Shown: positions 1 to 14,387, counted from the first letter of the stretch. The stretch is DNA of 64,000 nt from Eledone cirrhosa (GCA_964016885.1 OZ024755.1:3100001-3164000), one strand, 5' to 3'. The notes: generated by a model from the sequence alone, not told the origin. Made by a program: numbers and translations.

Positions 1-53
1 CTCACTCACTCACTCACTCACTCACTCACTCACTCACTCACTCACTCACTCAC

Positions 54-128
<75 letters not shown>
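1..128. repeat. (CTCA)n then (CT)n microsatellite
   Basis: Direct reading. Confidence 0.98.
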
Positions 129-129
<1 letters not shown>

Positions 130-296
130 GACAAGTCAAGATGTATAATTAAAAAGTCTACATGTATGTGAACCAGACGTGATCAAGTTTCAAACATAAG
201 GACGAAACGAAATGAACTGTTGTTGCTGTTGTTGTTGTTGTTGTTTAGGAACGGACCGGAATTTGGATCGCTTTAACACAAGATGACTTACAGACA

Positions 297-297
<1 letters not shown>

Positions 298-340
<43 letters not shown>

Positions 341-914
341 GTATAGATAGACACACGTCGTACACATACATACACACATGTACACACTCACACACACATA
401 CATATATATAGACACACGTCGTACACACTCACACACACACATACATATATATAGACACACGTCGTACACATACATACACACATGTACATACACATACATA
501 TATATAGACACACATACATACACACATGTACACACTCACACACACACACACACACACACATATACATAGACACACGTCGTACACATACATACATACACAC
601 ATGTACAGACTCACACATACATATATATATAGACACACGTCGTACACATACATACACACATGTACACACTCACATACATATATATATATTCATACGCACA
701 TACATACTTACATATGTGTGTGTGTCTGTTACTGTTTCACTTTGTGTGTGTGTCTGTTTCACTGTGTGTGTGTGTGTGTGTGTGTATCTGTTTCACTGTG
801 TGTGTGTGTGTGTCTTACTGTTTCACTGTGTGTGTGTGTTACTGTTTGTGTGTGTATCTGTTTCACTGTGTGCGTGTGTGTGTGTTACTGTTTGTGTGTG
901 TGTGTATCTGTTTC

Positions 915-948
<34 letters not shown>
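298..948. repeat. Compound (CA)n/(TG)n minisatellites
   Basis: ATAGACACACGTCGTACAC anchor recurs 5 times in 345-650; TCTGTTTCACTGTGTG-type anchor recurs in 725-920. Confidence 0.9.
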
Positions 949-1392
949 ATTGACCGACATATATCGGTGAAGGAAATAAATATATTTTAGAAAACTAAAT
1001 ATCATGCACTTTAATGCCGAAATTCCTTAAGATAAAGTCAGGTAGAGACTCTTTCTTATTATCTTGGGCCTCACAAATGCAGAAATACAGCCAAACTATG
1101 ATATTAACTTGTTGGAAACCTGAAGCCAATTGATGGCCTTGTCAAAACCACCACAGTCTTTTCGTTTTTTAGTTCAATAGCATAATTTACACAGCAGACA
1201 CTCTACTGAATTGTTACCCAATGATAAAAGACATTCCAATAAACACATAGTGTAGACAATCAACACCCAATAACATAACACCCGATACCTTAACACGTCC
1301 CACACGCCACCAATAACTCTGTATTCAAGGAAGTTATTATTTAATAATTTAACACAACCTGACACAGGACATACTCCACACAAACATCACAC

Positions 1393-1584
1393 GAGGCCAG
1401 AGATTTTGAAGGGAGTGGGGAAAGTTGATTAAAGCGATTCAGTATGTTACTGGTACTTTATTTTATCGACTCCGTTAGGCAAAGCGAACCTCGGCGGAAT
1501 TTGAACTCAGAACGTAGAGGGGTGTAACTTTATGCCTCGAAGCAAGGTGTCAGACGCTCTACCGATAATGGCAATCCACCAACC
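1393..1584 (-). mobile_element. tRNA-headed SINE, group A
   Basis: Reverse complement of the head, B-box GAGTTCAAAT and GTCGATAAAATAAAGTACCAG core seen at 14512-14736. Confidence 0.85.
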
Positions 1585-2331
1585 TCTTTCTCACACAGTA
1601 GTAGTAGTAATTGTGGGGGGTGCTGGCGGTGGTAGTAGTAGTGGTGGTGGTGGTAGTAGTAGTGGTGGTGATGGTAATTGAGGTAGTGGCGGGGATAGTA
1701 GTAGTGGGAGGGGGTGGCGGTGATGGTGAAATTTATAAGAACGAAATTATAGGTATTAATACATTAGCGATCTAAAAGTGATAAAGTTATATAGCAGCTT
1801 TTAATGTAATAAATTGGAAAAGGAATGAAATAAACGAGACGAGAGGAAAACAAGAAAATGAATTAATATCTTTAAAATATATGAGCCAAAAGCAAACAGT
1901 GACAGGTTATATCTTTCACAGACAGAAGAAAGTGAAGGAAGAAGTCTTATATAATTAGAAAAGCATTATAGGAGAGTTATTGTAGGTTTACATAAGTATA
2001 TAGGAGAAAATAAAATAGTTGTAGATTTAAACAAATGATTTAAGAAAGACAAAAGATATGGAGAGAGATAATAGCTAAATAAGATAGAATAGAAAGGGAG
2101 CAAAAATAAATAATAATAAAAATAAAAACAACAGAGAAAAGCAGAAAGAAAAACTAAGGAAGGAGAAACTCTCGGAAGAAAACATAAGAATCACTTGAAA
2201 TGATAATTGTAAGTAGATGGTGGGGGTGGGTAGGAGGTAAATGATAAGATAATTATATAAATATGGCGCCAAAAAGATAATGATCAACAGACGGTGGGTG
2301 GGAAACCTATGAAGATCAATAATATCTTTAT

Positions 2332-2452
2332 CGTTTGTTTGTTCGTTCGTTCGTTCGTTGGAGTTCCGTCGGTTTCGACGACGAGTGTTCCAGTTGTTCG
2401 AACAATGGAATAACTTGTTTCGGAAGTTAAGGTGTAAATAGCTGCGCATTTC
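2332..2452 (-). mobile_element. 3' end of group B SINE with (CGAA)n/(CAAA)n tail
   Basis: TCCGTCGGTTTCGACGACGAGTGTTCCAGTTG matches 38205-38260 and the reverse complement of 62120-62172. Confidence 0.7.
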
Positions 2453-4221
2453 GTAGATTTGACCATGGTTGTTGGATGTCCACCATTGTTATAAGCCTGC
2501 ATTTCTGAGGCAGCGTTTCTTGTAACTGGGATGTCATACATGAAAATAGCGGTCCCTATCGTTGATTAGCAGTCTCTATTTGTTACCAATGGTTGACCTC
2601 AAATAAATTGAGCTGGTGGACATCATCCAGTTGTCCACAGCTGTCGATGGTGATGATTGGCGGTAACTCAATATGTTGTCCCAAGACGTCCATTTTGTTC
2701 AGGTCGGGAGAAAATGATCTCTCGATGTCTGTAGCTGTTACTGAGTGTGGGTCACAGCTGCTGTGACATCAATGAACAGTTTTCTGTGTTGTCAGGGGTT
2801 ACTAAAAGGGGCATGATGTTCTGGCTGGATTATATGGCGGAGTTGTTGTCTAACAATCTCCATCTGCTAGTGTTTGTCTTCGAATATTCTCTCCATTGGA
2901 AGAATTGAAGGGAGCTGTCCTATTCTGAACTGGTCAGAACTATTTTATATCTTGTTATGCCATCCTACATCACTCTGTGAACCGACATGACAGCTGCCCG
3001 GATGACTCCACAATTCACGGTTTTCCCTTGCTCGGACTGGGTCGATGAAATCCACTTCCCCTTCCTCCCCGAATTGTTGGCCTTGTAACTAAATCAGAAA
3101 CCTTTAAATAATATCTACATTACCTTCAGTGCTCTACCGAGTACAGTTCTGTACTGGTTTTATTTTGTTCTATTTTATTGAAAGTAATCTAAGTAATAAG
3201 TGTGAAGTGTCTAGCAATGTTGTTTTCCGCATGTTTATAACTCCTGCTGTTTTGTTTATATATATAATAATAATAATAATAATGAAATTATTGTGTACAA
3301 TGCTCAGGTGCACTACAAGCCATCAAAGGTGCATGTATAGTACATAGAATACTATACAAATGTCAGGGAAGTATATATATATATATTGAGGGGGTGATAG
3401 ACAGTGTATGTGTTATCTACAACAGCACCAGAATTAAAGATTGCCGTTATTATCTCCCTTTTACTTATAAAAATGCCGCACATTTTTAAAATCCTAAAAT
3501 TTCACGAATAAAAGTGTAAATACTCTCCTACACTTCTAATCCACAAGCCTCATTCTATCCCTCTTTCTCTCCCTCTCCCTCTATATATAAATATATGTCT
3601 CTGTGTGTGTGTCTATCACTCTTTCTCTCTACCTCCCTCTCTCCACACAGTCACACTGATACGGCCTGAGAATTCAGGCAGGCAGCTTCAACAATAATTT
3701 CACGAGTAGAAATTGCAATTTACAAGGGAAGTAACTCAGACAGATTTATTGGAATTATATCCCTTGAATATTTATTGCATGTATTTTTTATGAAAGAGAT
3801 ATTTTCCCCATTAGAAATGCTGTGAATAGGTGAGAGGTTCATTGGAAACATATAACACTAACTACTGTTCACAATATCATTCAGACTCTGCATGTTCGCT
3901 GCCTTTGTGTAATTATATGTTTCTGCTACTGTTTAGATCCTTAGCAGCCCTATGCTTAAAAACATTCCAGCCATGACGATCCTGTCTACTACTTTTTAGC
4001 CATCTTATATCTAATACTATATTATCCAATGCAATCTTAAACATCATCGTTTTAAGATAGTATGGAGTAATTCAAGAAATATATAGTTGCTATTTCTAAC
4101 ACTTCTACTGATCATGTGAAGATTCCTTTATTTGTTCGGCTAAATATATACAACCTACATGGTGTGTGGTATATAATATTATTTGATATCAGATTATATT
4201 GAATGAAGCCAATATATAACT

Positions 4222-4352
4222 TACTTAGACTTAGGTCCCACGTCAGCAGACGACTGAGACAGCCAAACTGATCCAATGACTACAGTCAGTTTTATCTATC
4301 AGTACATCGTGTCAACTATTGTGGACGGCTTTCAGCTCCCTGTATGTGCGTG

Positions 4353-4425
<73 letters not shown>

Positions 4426-4900
4426 ATAACTTAGACTGTCCCGTATCTTGAGCTACTTGAGACAGCCAAAGTACTCCAATAATAACGGCCAGTTGCATCT
4501 ATCAGTACATCTTTTCACCTTTTGTGGACGGGTTTCAGCTCCCTGTGTGTGCGTATATATGTGTGTATGTGTGTCTTTCTCTTTCTATATATCTATATAT
4601 ATATATATATATGGGATAACAAGTTGTCGTTTTAGGTAGGCCAGTTAGAGGTTGTGAGTACACTGTACTATGGATTGTTTTAACGTAGAGCGTTGTTTGA
4701 CTCCACAAGAGATTTCCATAGTTAGGTGGCGAGTTTGCGAGAATTTCCATGCAGGCTATTCTTGGGAGTAATAGTAGTGAAAGAGTGAAGAATAACATGG
4801 TCGGCTGTACACAAAGGGTTTTATTTACAGCGGCCTTAGTCTCACCTGATCTGTAAATAAAACCCTGTTTGTACAGCCGACCATGTTATTCTTCACTCTG

Positions 4901-4964
<64 letters not shown>

Positions 4965-5061
4965 GTGTGTGTGTGTTATTTAGGCTTAGGAGCTCCCGTA
5001 TCTTGAGCTGCATGAGGTAGCCAAAGTCCTCCAATGACCAAGGTCATTTGCATCTATCAAT
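4222..5061 (+). repeat. Three diverged copies of a ~120-bp local repeat
   Basis: Copies at ~4222-4343, ~4429-4545 and partial ~4981-5061 share AGCCAAA...TCCAAT...ATCTATCA; the first two also share TTGTGGACGGxTTTCAGCTCCCTGT. Confidence 0.8.
4775..4906. repeat. Fold-back inverted repeat, 56-bp arms, 20-nt spacer
   Basis: 4775-4830 is the near-perfect reverse complement of 4851-4906; (TA)n follows. Confidence 0.93.
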
Positions 5062-6202
5062 AGAGGACCAGATTACCATGTCTCTAAATTCGGAGTCGTG
5101 GGACGTGTCCTAACCAGCCATATCGACTGAAAATATTAACATATATATATATATTCTGTATAAGTTTCCCACTCCGTTCAGCTTACAGTAAGGAGAATAA
5201 AAACCCTTCAATTCCACTCAATGTTCGGCCATCATGGCTACAAATCCACCTACAGTAACATGTAATGCAGAAAAGCGGAAAATAATAAAATACCGAGATC
5301 TGAGTGATGGCTTCCTTTTGGTGCTGGTTACCATCAAGACCTCCATTGTGCCCTCGATCACGGACTTCTGGTTTCCTCCTCATAAAATCAGCAGATAGTA
5401 CCAGCAATGGAAAGACCAATTGAAATATTGTTCCCTTTGCCAGATTTGACGAGTTCCACTCCACGATTCGATTCGATGAGGAATGGCTGGTGTAGAGGGT
5501 GTCATTGACTGTTCTCCGTGGCAATACTTTCGACATCTTATCCCTTGGGTACAGATGTACCACCCAACCAAGGTTGCTCCTCTTTTTTCTGGGAGGGGGG
5601 GGGGGGGGTCTTTCTCCTCCTTTTTTTTCTTTTTTTCTTTTTTCTGTCTTTCTTTTCTCTCTTTCTGTTTATTATTTACTATTTTAATACTTTTATTGTT
5701 ATAAATATGTTCCTAGAAAAAATGTATCATTCTGCTGTAAGCTTGTCTTTACCATGTCTTTACCTTCCCTGCTTTATATCCATATATAAATTATCAAAAA
5801 GTAAGTTGATCTAAGGGGAATTACTTGTAGAGGATAACGGGAAATAACTCTTAAAGCATTTTGTTTTGATTTTGTTGTTGTTTTTGCATCTTTTTTTCTT
5901 ATTTTTTCGAGTGAAAGTTTGTTTTCATATTTCGTAGTAAGGTAATTTATCAATCAAAAGTATGTGATATGAGACAGTCCACAGTCACATACTATGTTAT
6001 ACTAATCTAATTTGATTCATGAACTATTAAACTTTGGAATATTCTCCGCTGTACCCTACCACTAATCCTTATTCACTGAGACAAACACGTTAAACACAAA
6101 GTCAGAATTTGATTTTTCGCTCTAACATAGCGGATACGTAAATGTATTTGTACGCTTTATATCTAATAATAAAAATAGAGAGCCAGAACAAATACCATAA
6201 AG

Positions 6203-6783
6203 CATTCTATCTGACGTTCTAACCACTCTACCATTCTATCTGACGTTCTAAACACTCTACCATTCTCTCTGACGTTCTAACCACTCTACCATTCTCCCTG
6301 ACGTTCTAACCACTCTACCATTCTATCTGACGTTCTAACCACCCTACCATTCTCTCTGACGTTCTAACCACTCTACCATTCTCTCTGACGTTCTAACCAC
6401 CCTACCATTCTCTCTGACGTTCTAACCACTCTACCATTCTCTCTGACGTTCTAACCACTCTACCATTCTCTCTGACGTTATAACCACTCTACCATTCTAT
6501 CTAACATTCTAACCACTCTACCATTCTATCTGACGTTCTAACCACTCTGCCATTCTATCTGACGTTCTAACCACTCTGCCATTCTATCTGACATTCTATC
6601 TGACGTTCTAACCACTCTACCATTCTATCTGACGTTCTAACCACTCTACCATTCTCTCTGACGTTCTAACCACTCTACCATTCTCTCTGACGTTCTAACC
6701 ACTCTACCATTCTATCTGACGTTCTAACCACTCTACCATTCTATCTGACGTTCTAACCACTCTACCATTCTATCTGACGTTCC
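6203..6783. repeat. 29-bp minisatellite, about 20 copies, derived from a SINE head
   Basis: Unit CATTCTATCTGACGTTCTAACCACTCTAC; reverse complement plus left flank matches the SINE head at 60465-60510. Confidence 0.93.
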
Positions 6784-7370
6784 AATTCGAGGCCTCTGCA
6801 TACAATAATGACGGTATAGAAATAAACATTAAATGAAGAACTGCTGTCCAGACCTTATGAGAGTTCTGCTGTCCTCCCTTTCATCAATAGCATCGTAATT
6901 CTCGCCTTCGAAAACATGTCTCAGCAAAATGTCATTCCATCTAATTTAAGACGGAAGAAGTTGTCAGAGTCCCTGGGGTTAAAGCATCTCGCTGGTATCT
7001 GGAAGAGACGGGGTTCGGTACCTCATGGTGGCAAATGGCAACTTCTTTTTCTGCCTTTAAGGAAAGGTCTTCATCGTATTTTATAAGCTATGTAGTGTCA
7101 TCTCCGCGCATGAGCACACCAGTCTTTATATTAACATTATTAAGAAAGTTTATGAAACAAAATTAGGAATGGGAGCACTAAAGTATAGTTATGCCTCTCT
7201 GTATGTTTGTGTGTGTGTGTGTATTTACGTTTACACAGCTTAACAAACGTTACCCGTTTGTTAATGTCCCGTAACTTGTTCCATTCACTGACTCACTGTC
7301 ATCAACATTAACTGTAAGGGAGGGAGGGGGAGGGCAGTTACACAAACACAGATATGCAATCAGACAAACA

Positions 7371-7477
7371 TAGATAGATAGATAGATAGATAGATGGTTA
7401 GATAAACAGACAGACAGATAGACAGACAGATAGATAAATAGACAGATAGATAAATAGACCGACAGACAGATAGATAA

Positions 7478-7514
<37 letters not shown>

Positions 7515-7515
7515 C
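7371..7515. repeat. (GATA)n/(GACA)n microsatellite
   Basis: Direct reading. Confidence 0.95.
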
Positions 7516-7744
7516 AGGTCTATTTGGTGTGCTCGCTAATAAATAATAAAAACAACCCCTTGTAAACGGTCCGTTGGCGAACTAAGTGTGACAAACAAAC
7601 AGAAGTGACAGCCATTATACTCTAGATTTATTACTATTGGCTGCTGACATCTGTCATATGTACTGACCAACGTTTGGAACATTACCACCATTGCATAAAG
7701 ACGACATTTTCAACATGTAGTCGCCAACATACAGATAACTATAA

Positions 7745-7931
7745 TAATTGTTTCTACTTTTGGCACAAGGCCAGAAATTATCAAGTACATTACTGGTACT
7801 TTATTTTATCGACCCCGTAAGGATGAAAGGCAAAGTTAACCTCGGCGGGATTTGAATTCAGAATGGCAAGGGCCGGAACTCTATGCTGTAAAGCATGGTG
7901 TCTGACGCTCTACCGATACTGCCAATTCGCC
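7745..7931 (-). mobile_element. tRNA-headed SINE, group A, near full length
   Basis: Reverse complement of tail, core and head of 14512-14736. Confidence 0.9.
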
Positions 7932-8499
7932 AACTATAATAATGGTAGCTTTGGGCAATTAGAAAACTATAAAAGAATGCTAGGAAACGTAGAATGGAGC
8001 TAGGAAGGGCAATGGAAGAATATATGTATGGTATGGTCCCGTAACTCTTGGGGTAGTCTTAGGAGCACCGTATTGGTATAGGGCGTTTCTAGGGCCTTGT
8101 TTTATACCTGGTGGAGCCCATATCCTCTTCAGGTCTGAACAGCAGATTTCTTACAGAGAGAATGGAAGTGAGATATGGATATAGAGGAAGAATCGACCTC
8201 AGCGTATTACTGGTACTTTATAATAGTTTTTGATTTAGGCACAAGGCCAACAATTTTGGGGGATGAGGGGCAATACAGTTAAACTATTACAACCAAACCG
8301 CCACCACTACCACCACCACTACCACCACCACTACCACAGCCGACACCACCACCACCGCAGCCGCCACCATCATCATCCCAGACACCACCTCTACTACCGA
8401 ACCATCACCGCCACCACAAGCTCTATGGGCACTACCCATCACCGCCATCACCACTCCCCCTCCTTATTGTTACCACCTACCCCACTCCCACTACCTTAA

Positions 8500-8622
8500 G
8501 GGGTTGTTCACTCTTACGAGGTCGACAAAATAAGGTACCAGTAACATACTTGGGTCGATTTAATGGGCTTACCCCACCTCTCAAAATTGTTGGCCTTGTG
8601 CCTAAACCAGAAACCCTTATTA
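8500..8622 (+). mobile_element. Group A SINE 3' half
   Basis: GGTCGACAAAATAAGGTACCAGT...GGCCTTGTGCCTAAACCAGAAAC. Confidence 0.8.
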
Positions 8623-8924
8623 ACAAGGACAGTAGTAGAAAGACGGGGGAGGGGAGGAGTTTGGGAGATTTATAACAGTAACAACAACAACAGTAACAAC
8701 AACAGCAGTAACAACATAAATAAACTAGCTGACAGTTTGTTATGACTGGAGTGATGTTTAGTGATGGAGGGGGGAGGTGGTAATGGGGGGTGATGGGGGG
8801 AGGTATGTGATAATGTGAGGTGGAGTGGTAATTGGGGGTGGGGGTGCAGTGGGTTAATGTTATATGGAGGAGAAATGTTTTATGGTTGACAGTTGTGGTG
8901 TGTCATAGATGCTGTAGGAACTGG

Positions 8925-9101
8925 TGTATATATATATATATATACACCATATATATATATATATATATACACCATATATATATATATATATATATATATA
9001 CACCATATATATATATATATACACCATATATATATATATATACACCATATATATATATATATATATATATATACACCATATATATATATATATATATACA
9101 C

Positions 9102-9133
<32 letters not shown>

Positions 9134-9615
9134 CACCATATATATATATATATACACCATATATATATATATATTATATATTTGTGTATATATATATATA
9201 TATATAAATATATGTATATATATATATATATTGTGTGTATTATGTGTGTATGGTGTATGTATATATATATATATATGTGTGTGTGTGTATATATATATAT
9301 GTGTATATTTGTATATATATATGTATGTATGTATGTATATATATATATGTTTATATGTATCTATGTATCTGTGTTTGTATGTATGTATCTGTGTATGTAT
9401 GTATGTATGTATGTATATATATATATATATATTGTGTGTGTATTATGTATTTATGGTGTATGTATGTATGTATGTATGTATATATATATATATATATTGT
9501 GTGTGTATTATGTATTTATGGTGTATGTATGTATGTATGTATGTATATATATATATATATATTGTGTGTGTATTATGTATTTATGGTGTATACGCAGACA
9601 TATATGTGTATATAT
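8925..9615. repeat. (TA)n/(TATG)n compound microsatellite
   Basis: CACC-punctuated (TA)n, then TTGTGTGTGTATTATGTATTTATGGTG units. Confidence 0.95.
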
Positions 9616-9625
9616 GTAATATAAG

Positions 9626-10030
9626 CGTCAGCGAATTACCAGAGTCACTGCAACGACAGATAGAATGCTTTTAGTAGTCGTTCCGACTCTCTGAGTTCAA
9701 ATCCTGCCGAGGTCAACTTTGCCTTTTATCCATTCGAAGACAATAAAGTACCAGTCTACTACTGAGGTCGATTCTTCATCTATATCTCTTTCTCATTTCC
9801 TCCCTATCTTTCGAGATCGATAAAAAAGTACCAGTCTACTACTGGGCTCTATTTTTACTCTATATCATCTCTTTCTCAAAATGTCTACAGTGCCTAAAAT
9901 CGACCCCAGTGTGTTACGAGCCCCGTTAGGAGGAAAGACAAAGCTAACCTTGGCGGAACTGGAACTCAGATCGTAAAGGGCCGTAACTCTATGCTGCAAA
10001 GCATGTTGTTCGGCGCTCTACCGCCTTTGT
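9626..10030. mobile_element. Two opposed group A SINE copies
   Basis: Plus copy ~9626-9880 with a duplicated AAAGTACCAGTCTACTACTG core; minus copy ~9897-10030. Confidence 0.8.
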
Positions 10031-10378
10031 TGTGCCTAATAGTACTATTACTGTATATTGTGTGCACATGGGTTTGTATGTATATATCTGCAAATTTAAT
10101 AATCCTTGTGGGACCTATTATTATGGGGATTGTTTCTATGATCTCTCCCTTACTACACATACACACACACACGTATATATACATACACATTTATACACAC
10201 ATACACGCGTACACACACACATATATATACACACACAAATTCTGGTTATCTATTTCCAAATATATTTAGATAATTTATCCATTTCTTTCAGAGCTACATT
10301 ATAGTCTGTTGGGACTAACAATTCAAATATTATTTTTATTTCAGTAGTCTCATTTATATTTAATGATTTAACTAGACT

Positions 10379-10513
10379 AGCGAGCGTAGTTGTAGGTTCC
10401 TTGGATGCCTGAAGAGTAGTTGATGGCAGGGAGCGCAGTTATGTGTGGCTTGGGTGCATGACTGCCGGTTGATGTCAGCGAGCGCAGTTATACGTTCCTT
10501 GGGTGCTCGAAGG
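10379..10513. repeat. Diverged 49-bp tandem repeat, ~2.7 copies
   Basis: AG(C/G)GAGCG(T/C)AGTT...CTTGG(A/G)TGC units start at 10379, 10428 and 10477. Confidence 0.8.
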
Positions 10514-10802
10514 CGCGTGGTGGAGGGATAGATGGGGAGCGAGATGGAAAAGGTCAGAGAAAGAATAGATAGAAAGATAGATACAAATAAAGAGATGAGA
10601 GAGAGAGAATGTCTGTTAGACTAAAGGAAAAACTGAGAGGCAAAGAAAAATAAATGATAGAGAGGGGGGGGGGGGGATAAAAAGAGATGCCAAAATTATT
10701 TCTACATAAAAAAAATGATATAAACAATTTAAAATTTTTTTTTTTTGGAGGGGGGGGGGGGGGCATACTGATTTGCTATATCATTAAGGTGGAATTTATT
10801 AT

Positions 10803-10821
10803 AAAAGGTTGGGAACCGCTG
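10803..10821 (-). mobile_element. Orphan hAT (Charlie-like) terminal inverted repeat
   Basis: Reverse complement CAGCGGTTCCCAACCTTTT, followed by TTCTAGAC, which fits the NTCTAGAN Charlie target preference; partner end not found. Confidence 0.5.
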
Positions 10822-11027
10822 TTCTAGACAGACAAGACGATGTGAAGGAAAGAGAGAGAAGAGGGAAAGAGATGGGAAGGGTAAAGTGGGACATGATGAA
10901 TGGTTCTAGACCAGACAAGACGATATAGAGGAAAGAAGAGACCGTGTCTTATATTACCAATATTTATATTATATTGCAAGTATTAACTGGATAGAGATAA
11001 CTATAATATCACATATCACTGTGGTTT

Positions 11028-11060
<33 letters not shown>

Positions 11061-11359
11061 ATATATATATATATATGTATATATATATAGGTGTGTATAT
11101 ATGCTTGATAAATGTATTTCGTTTGGTGCAGCAGTTACATTATATATGCTTGTGCACGTCTGCATCATTTCAAATGCATGCTAATGCACGTTTGACAACA
11201 TTTACTGCATTACTTCAACATCACCTCAGGTTAACTTCACTACCATCCATAGCTCTGGGAGTTCTTACACACTCATCACTATATACACTATATACACAGA
11301 TATGTAAAGTCATGTATATACGACATGCATATACACCCCCGAATACTTGGCATCCATAG

Positions 11360-11390
<31 letters not shown>

Positions 11391-11655
11391 CAGAGAGAGA
11401 TAGAGAGAGAGAGGGATATTACATGCACAAATATATATATATATATAAATGTGTATATACATATGTGTATATATACACATGTATATACATATGTGTATAT
11501 ATACACATATGTATATACACGTATGTGTTTACGCGCACACAAACACAGACACGTATATACACATTTATATATATATATATATGTATATATATATGTGTAT
11601 ATGTGTGTTTGTGTGTGTGTGTGTGTGTACATGTGTATATACATACACACATATA

Positions 11656-11691
<36 letters not shown>

Positions 11692-11812
11692 CATAATTAC
11701 AAATCGAACTTAATCATACGTGCACATATACAAATTCCTAAATTCTATCCATATATACATAATAGTTAAAAATGTGATAAATATGTGTGGATGTAATTAT
11801 GTATTTATACAA

Positions 11813-11853
<41 letters not shown>

Positions 11854-11915
11854 CTCACACATACACACACACACTCTCTCACACACACACACACACACAC
11901 ACTCACAGACTCACA

Positions 11916-11998
<83 letters not shown>

Positions 11999-12139
11999 AC
12001 ACACACACACATCAACCTGGCTACTTCAATTGATGTGTAAAAAATAATAAACAGGATTGTTAGGAAAGTCAATTATTAGGTATCAGTTTTCACAGCTGAC
12101 TCAGCAGCCGCCTTTCATCTCCAGACTGATTAGAAATGG

Positions 12140-12715
12140 TGTTGTTGTTGCCGTGCTGGTGGTGGTGTATTGTGATGTGGTGGTGGTGGTGGTAGTGTAT
12201 TGTGATGTGGTGGTGGTGGTGGTGTATTGTGATGTGGTGGTGGTGGTAGTGGTAGTAGTGTATTGTGATGTGGTGGTAGTGTATTGTGATGTGGTGGTGG
12301 TGGTGGTGGTAGTGTATTGTGATGTGGTGGTGGTAGTGTATTGTGATGTGGTGGTGGTAGTGTATTGTGATGTGGTGGTGGTGTGGTCGTGGTGGTGGTA
12401 GTGTAGTGATGTGGTGGTGGTGGTGGTAGTGTAGTGATGTGGTGGTGGTGGTGGTAGTGTAGTGATGTGGTGGTGGTAGTGTAGTGATGTGGTGGTGGTA
12501 GTGTATTGTGATGTGGTGGTGGTGGTGTAGTGATGTGGTGGTGGTGGTAGTGTATTGTGATGTGGTGGTGGTGTGGTCGTAGTGGTGGTAGTGTGATGTC
12601 GTGGTGGTGGTAGTGTATTGTGATGTGGTGGTGGTGGTGTTGGTGATAGTGTAGTGTGATGTGGCGGTGGTTGTAGTGTGATGTGGCGGTGGTGGTGCTG
12701 TTGTTGTTCTTGTGA
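12140..12715. repeat. (GTG)n minisatellite punctuated by TATTGTGAT/TAGTGAT
   Basis: Direct reading. Confidence 0.95.
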
Positions 12716-12983
12716 TTGTAGTGGGTGGGTGTATATAAAAATATATATGTATATACATGCATACATGCATGTATATATATATACATATATATGTATGTAT
12801 GTTTATATATATATATGCATACATGTATGTATGTGTATATATATATATATACATACATACATGTATGTATGTATATATATATATATGCATACATGTATGT
12901 ATGCATATGCATACATGTATGTATGTGTATATATATATGCATGTATGTATGTATATATATATATATGCATACATGTATGTATG

Positions 12984-13017
<34 letters not shown>

Positions 13018-13031
13018 TATATGCATACATG

Positions 13032-13107
<76 letters not shown>

Positions 13108-13143
13108 CATATACATGCATACATAGATATATATGTATACACA

Positions 13144-13180
<37 letters not shown>

Positions 13181-13321
13181 CATTATATGTAGAAACTAAT
13201 TTGAAATAAGAAAGATATGAATAAGATATAAATGTTTTTGATAAAATAAATTTAAAAAAAACAATAAGATGACATATGATAGTTGAAAAGGTAGAGAACA
13301 CACCCCTTATAGATAAGGGTG

Positions 13322-13352
<31 letters not shown>

Positions 13353-13409
13353 CTGTATATGCATGTGTGTGTATATATATATGTGTGTGTGTGTGTGTCT
13401 GTATATGCA

Positions 13410-13441
<32 letters not shown>

Positions 13442-13522
13442 GGGATATACATACATATATATATATATATATATACACACACATATATACGTATGTGTAT
13501 ATATATATATAACCCCCCCCCC

Positions 13523-13556
<34 letters not shown>

Positions 13557-13716
13557 CAAGAGCGTGAAACTAATAAACCTTTGTTCGTACTGCCTCTCTG
13601 TTTTGTTGCCGTTCCATGTTTCACTATATATATATATATATTTGTATATACTCACACAAATATATATATACTCATACAAATATATATATATGTATATATA
13701 TATATTTGTATATACT

Positions 13717-13751
<35 letters not shown>

Positions 13752-13752
13752 T

Positions 13753-13789
<37 letters not shown>

Positions 13790-13989
13790 ATATATATATA
13801 TATATATATATATTTGTATATACTCGCATGCATATATATACATATATGTATATACTCACATGCATATATATATATAATTCTACATGAAAGGGAATAAATA
13901 TCTGTTAAATCTCAGCCCAGTTCTCCTCAAGACGACAATATTGGATTAAGTTTACAATCTAGAGGCTATCAATTATTCAACGGTTGCAA

Positions 13990-14083
13990 TACTTTAGTAC
14001 ATCTTTTTTACATCTTTTGCATTACTTTAGTACATCTTTTTTACATCTTTTGCATTACTTTAGTACATCTTTTTTACATCTTT
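13990..14083. repeat. 33-bp tandem repeat, ~3 copies
   Basis: TACTTTAGTACATCTTTTTTACATCTTTT starts at 13990, 14023 and 14056. Confidence 0.92.
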
Positions 14084-14387
14084 TTCTAGTTTTCTTTTAC
14101 TTGAGAGTCTGGTTTAGGGGGGTATTTAGTGGGGGTGAGGAGGGGCAACGTGAGTGAGTAGGGGTATCGTGGCTGGGGATGGCAATGTGGTTATATTTTT
14201 CATATCTTTCTTATTTGTTTCTTTATCTTTTCATTTTCTAGGGTTTTTACACCTTTTTCTTGTTTCCCCTTCAGGGTTTAGTGGGATAGGGCATGACTGG
14301 AGGGGAGAAGAAGGGGAGAAGGGCAATTGTATATATTTTTCTTGTATTGTCTTCAGTTTATCAGTTTCATGTTAGGATCTTCTACTA

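Noticed and set aside
2460-2940. Possible non-LTR retrotransposon peptide (WTSWDN...YLRST) on the minus strand
   Set aside because: Only a vague resemblance amid stops; needs BLASTX.
5183-5580. 126-aa ORF of normal composition, likewise 49480-49716
   Set aside because: No recognisable motif or clear splice sites; length is within chance expectation.
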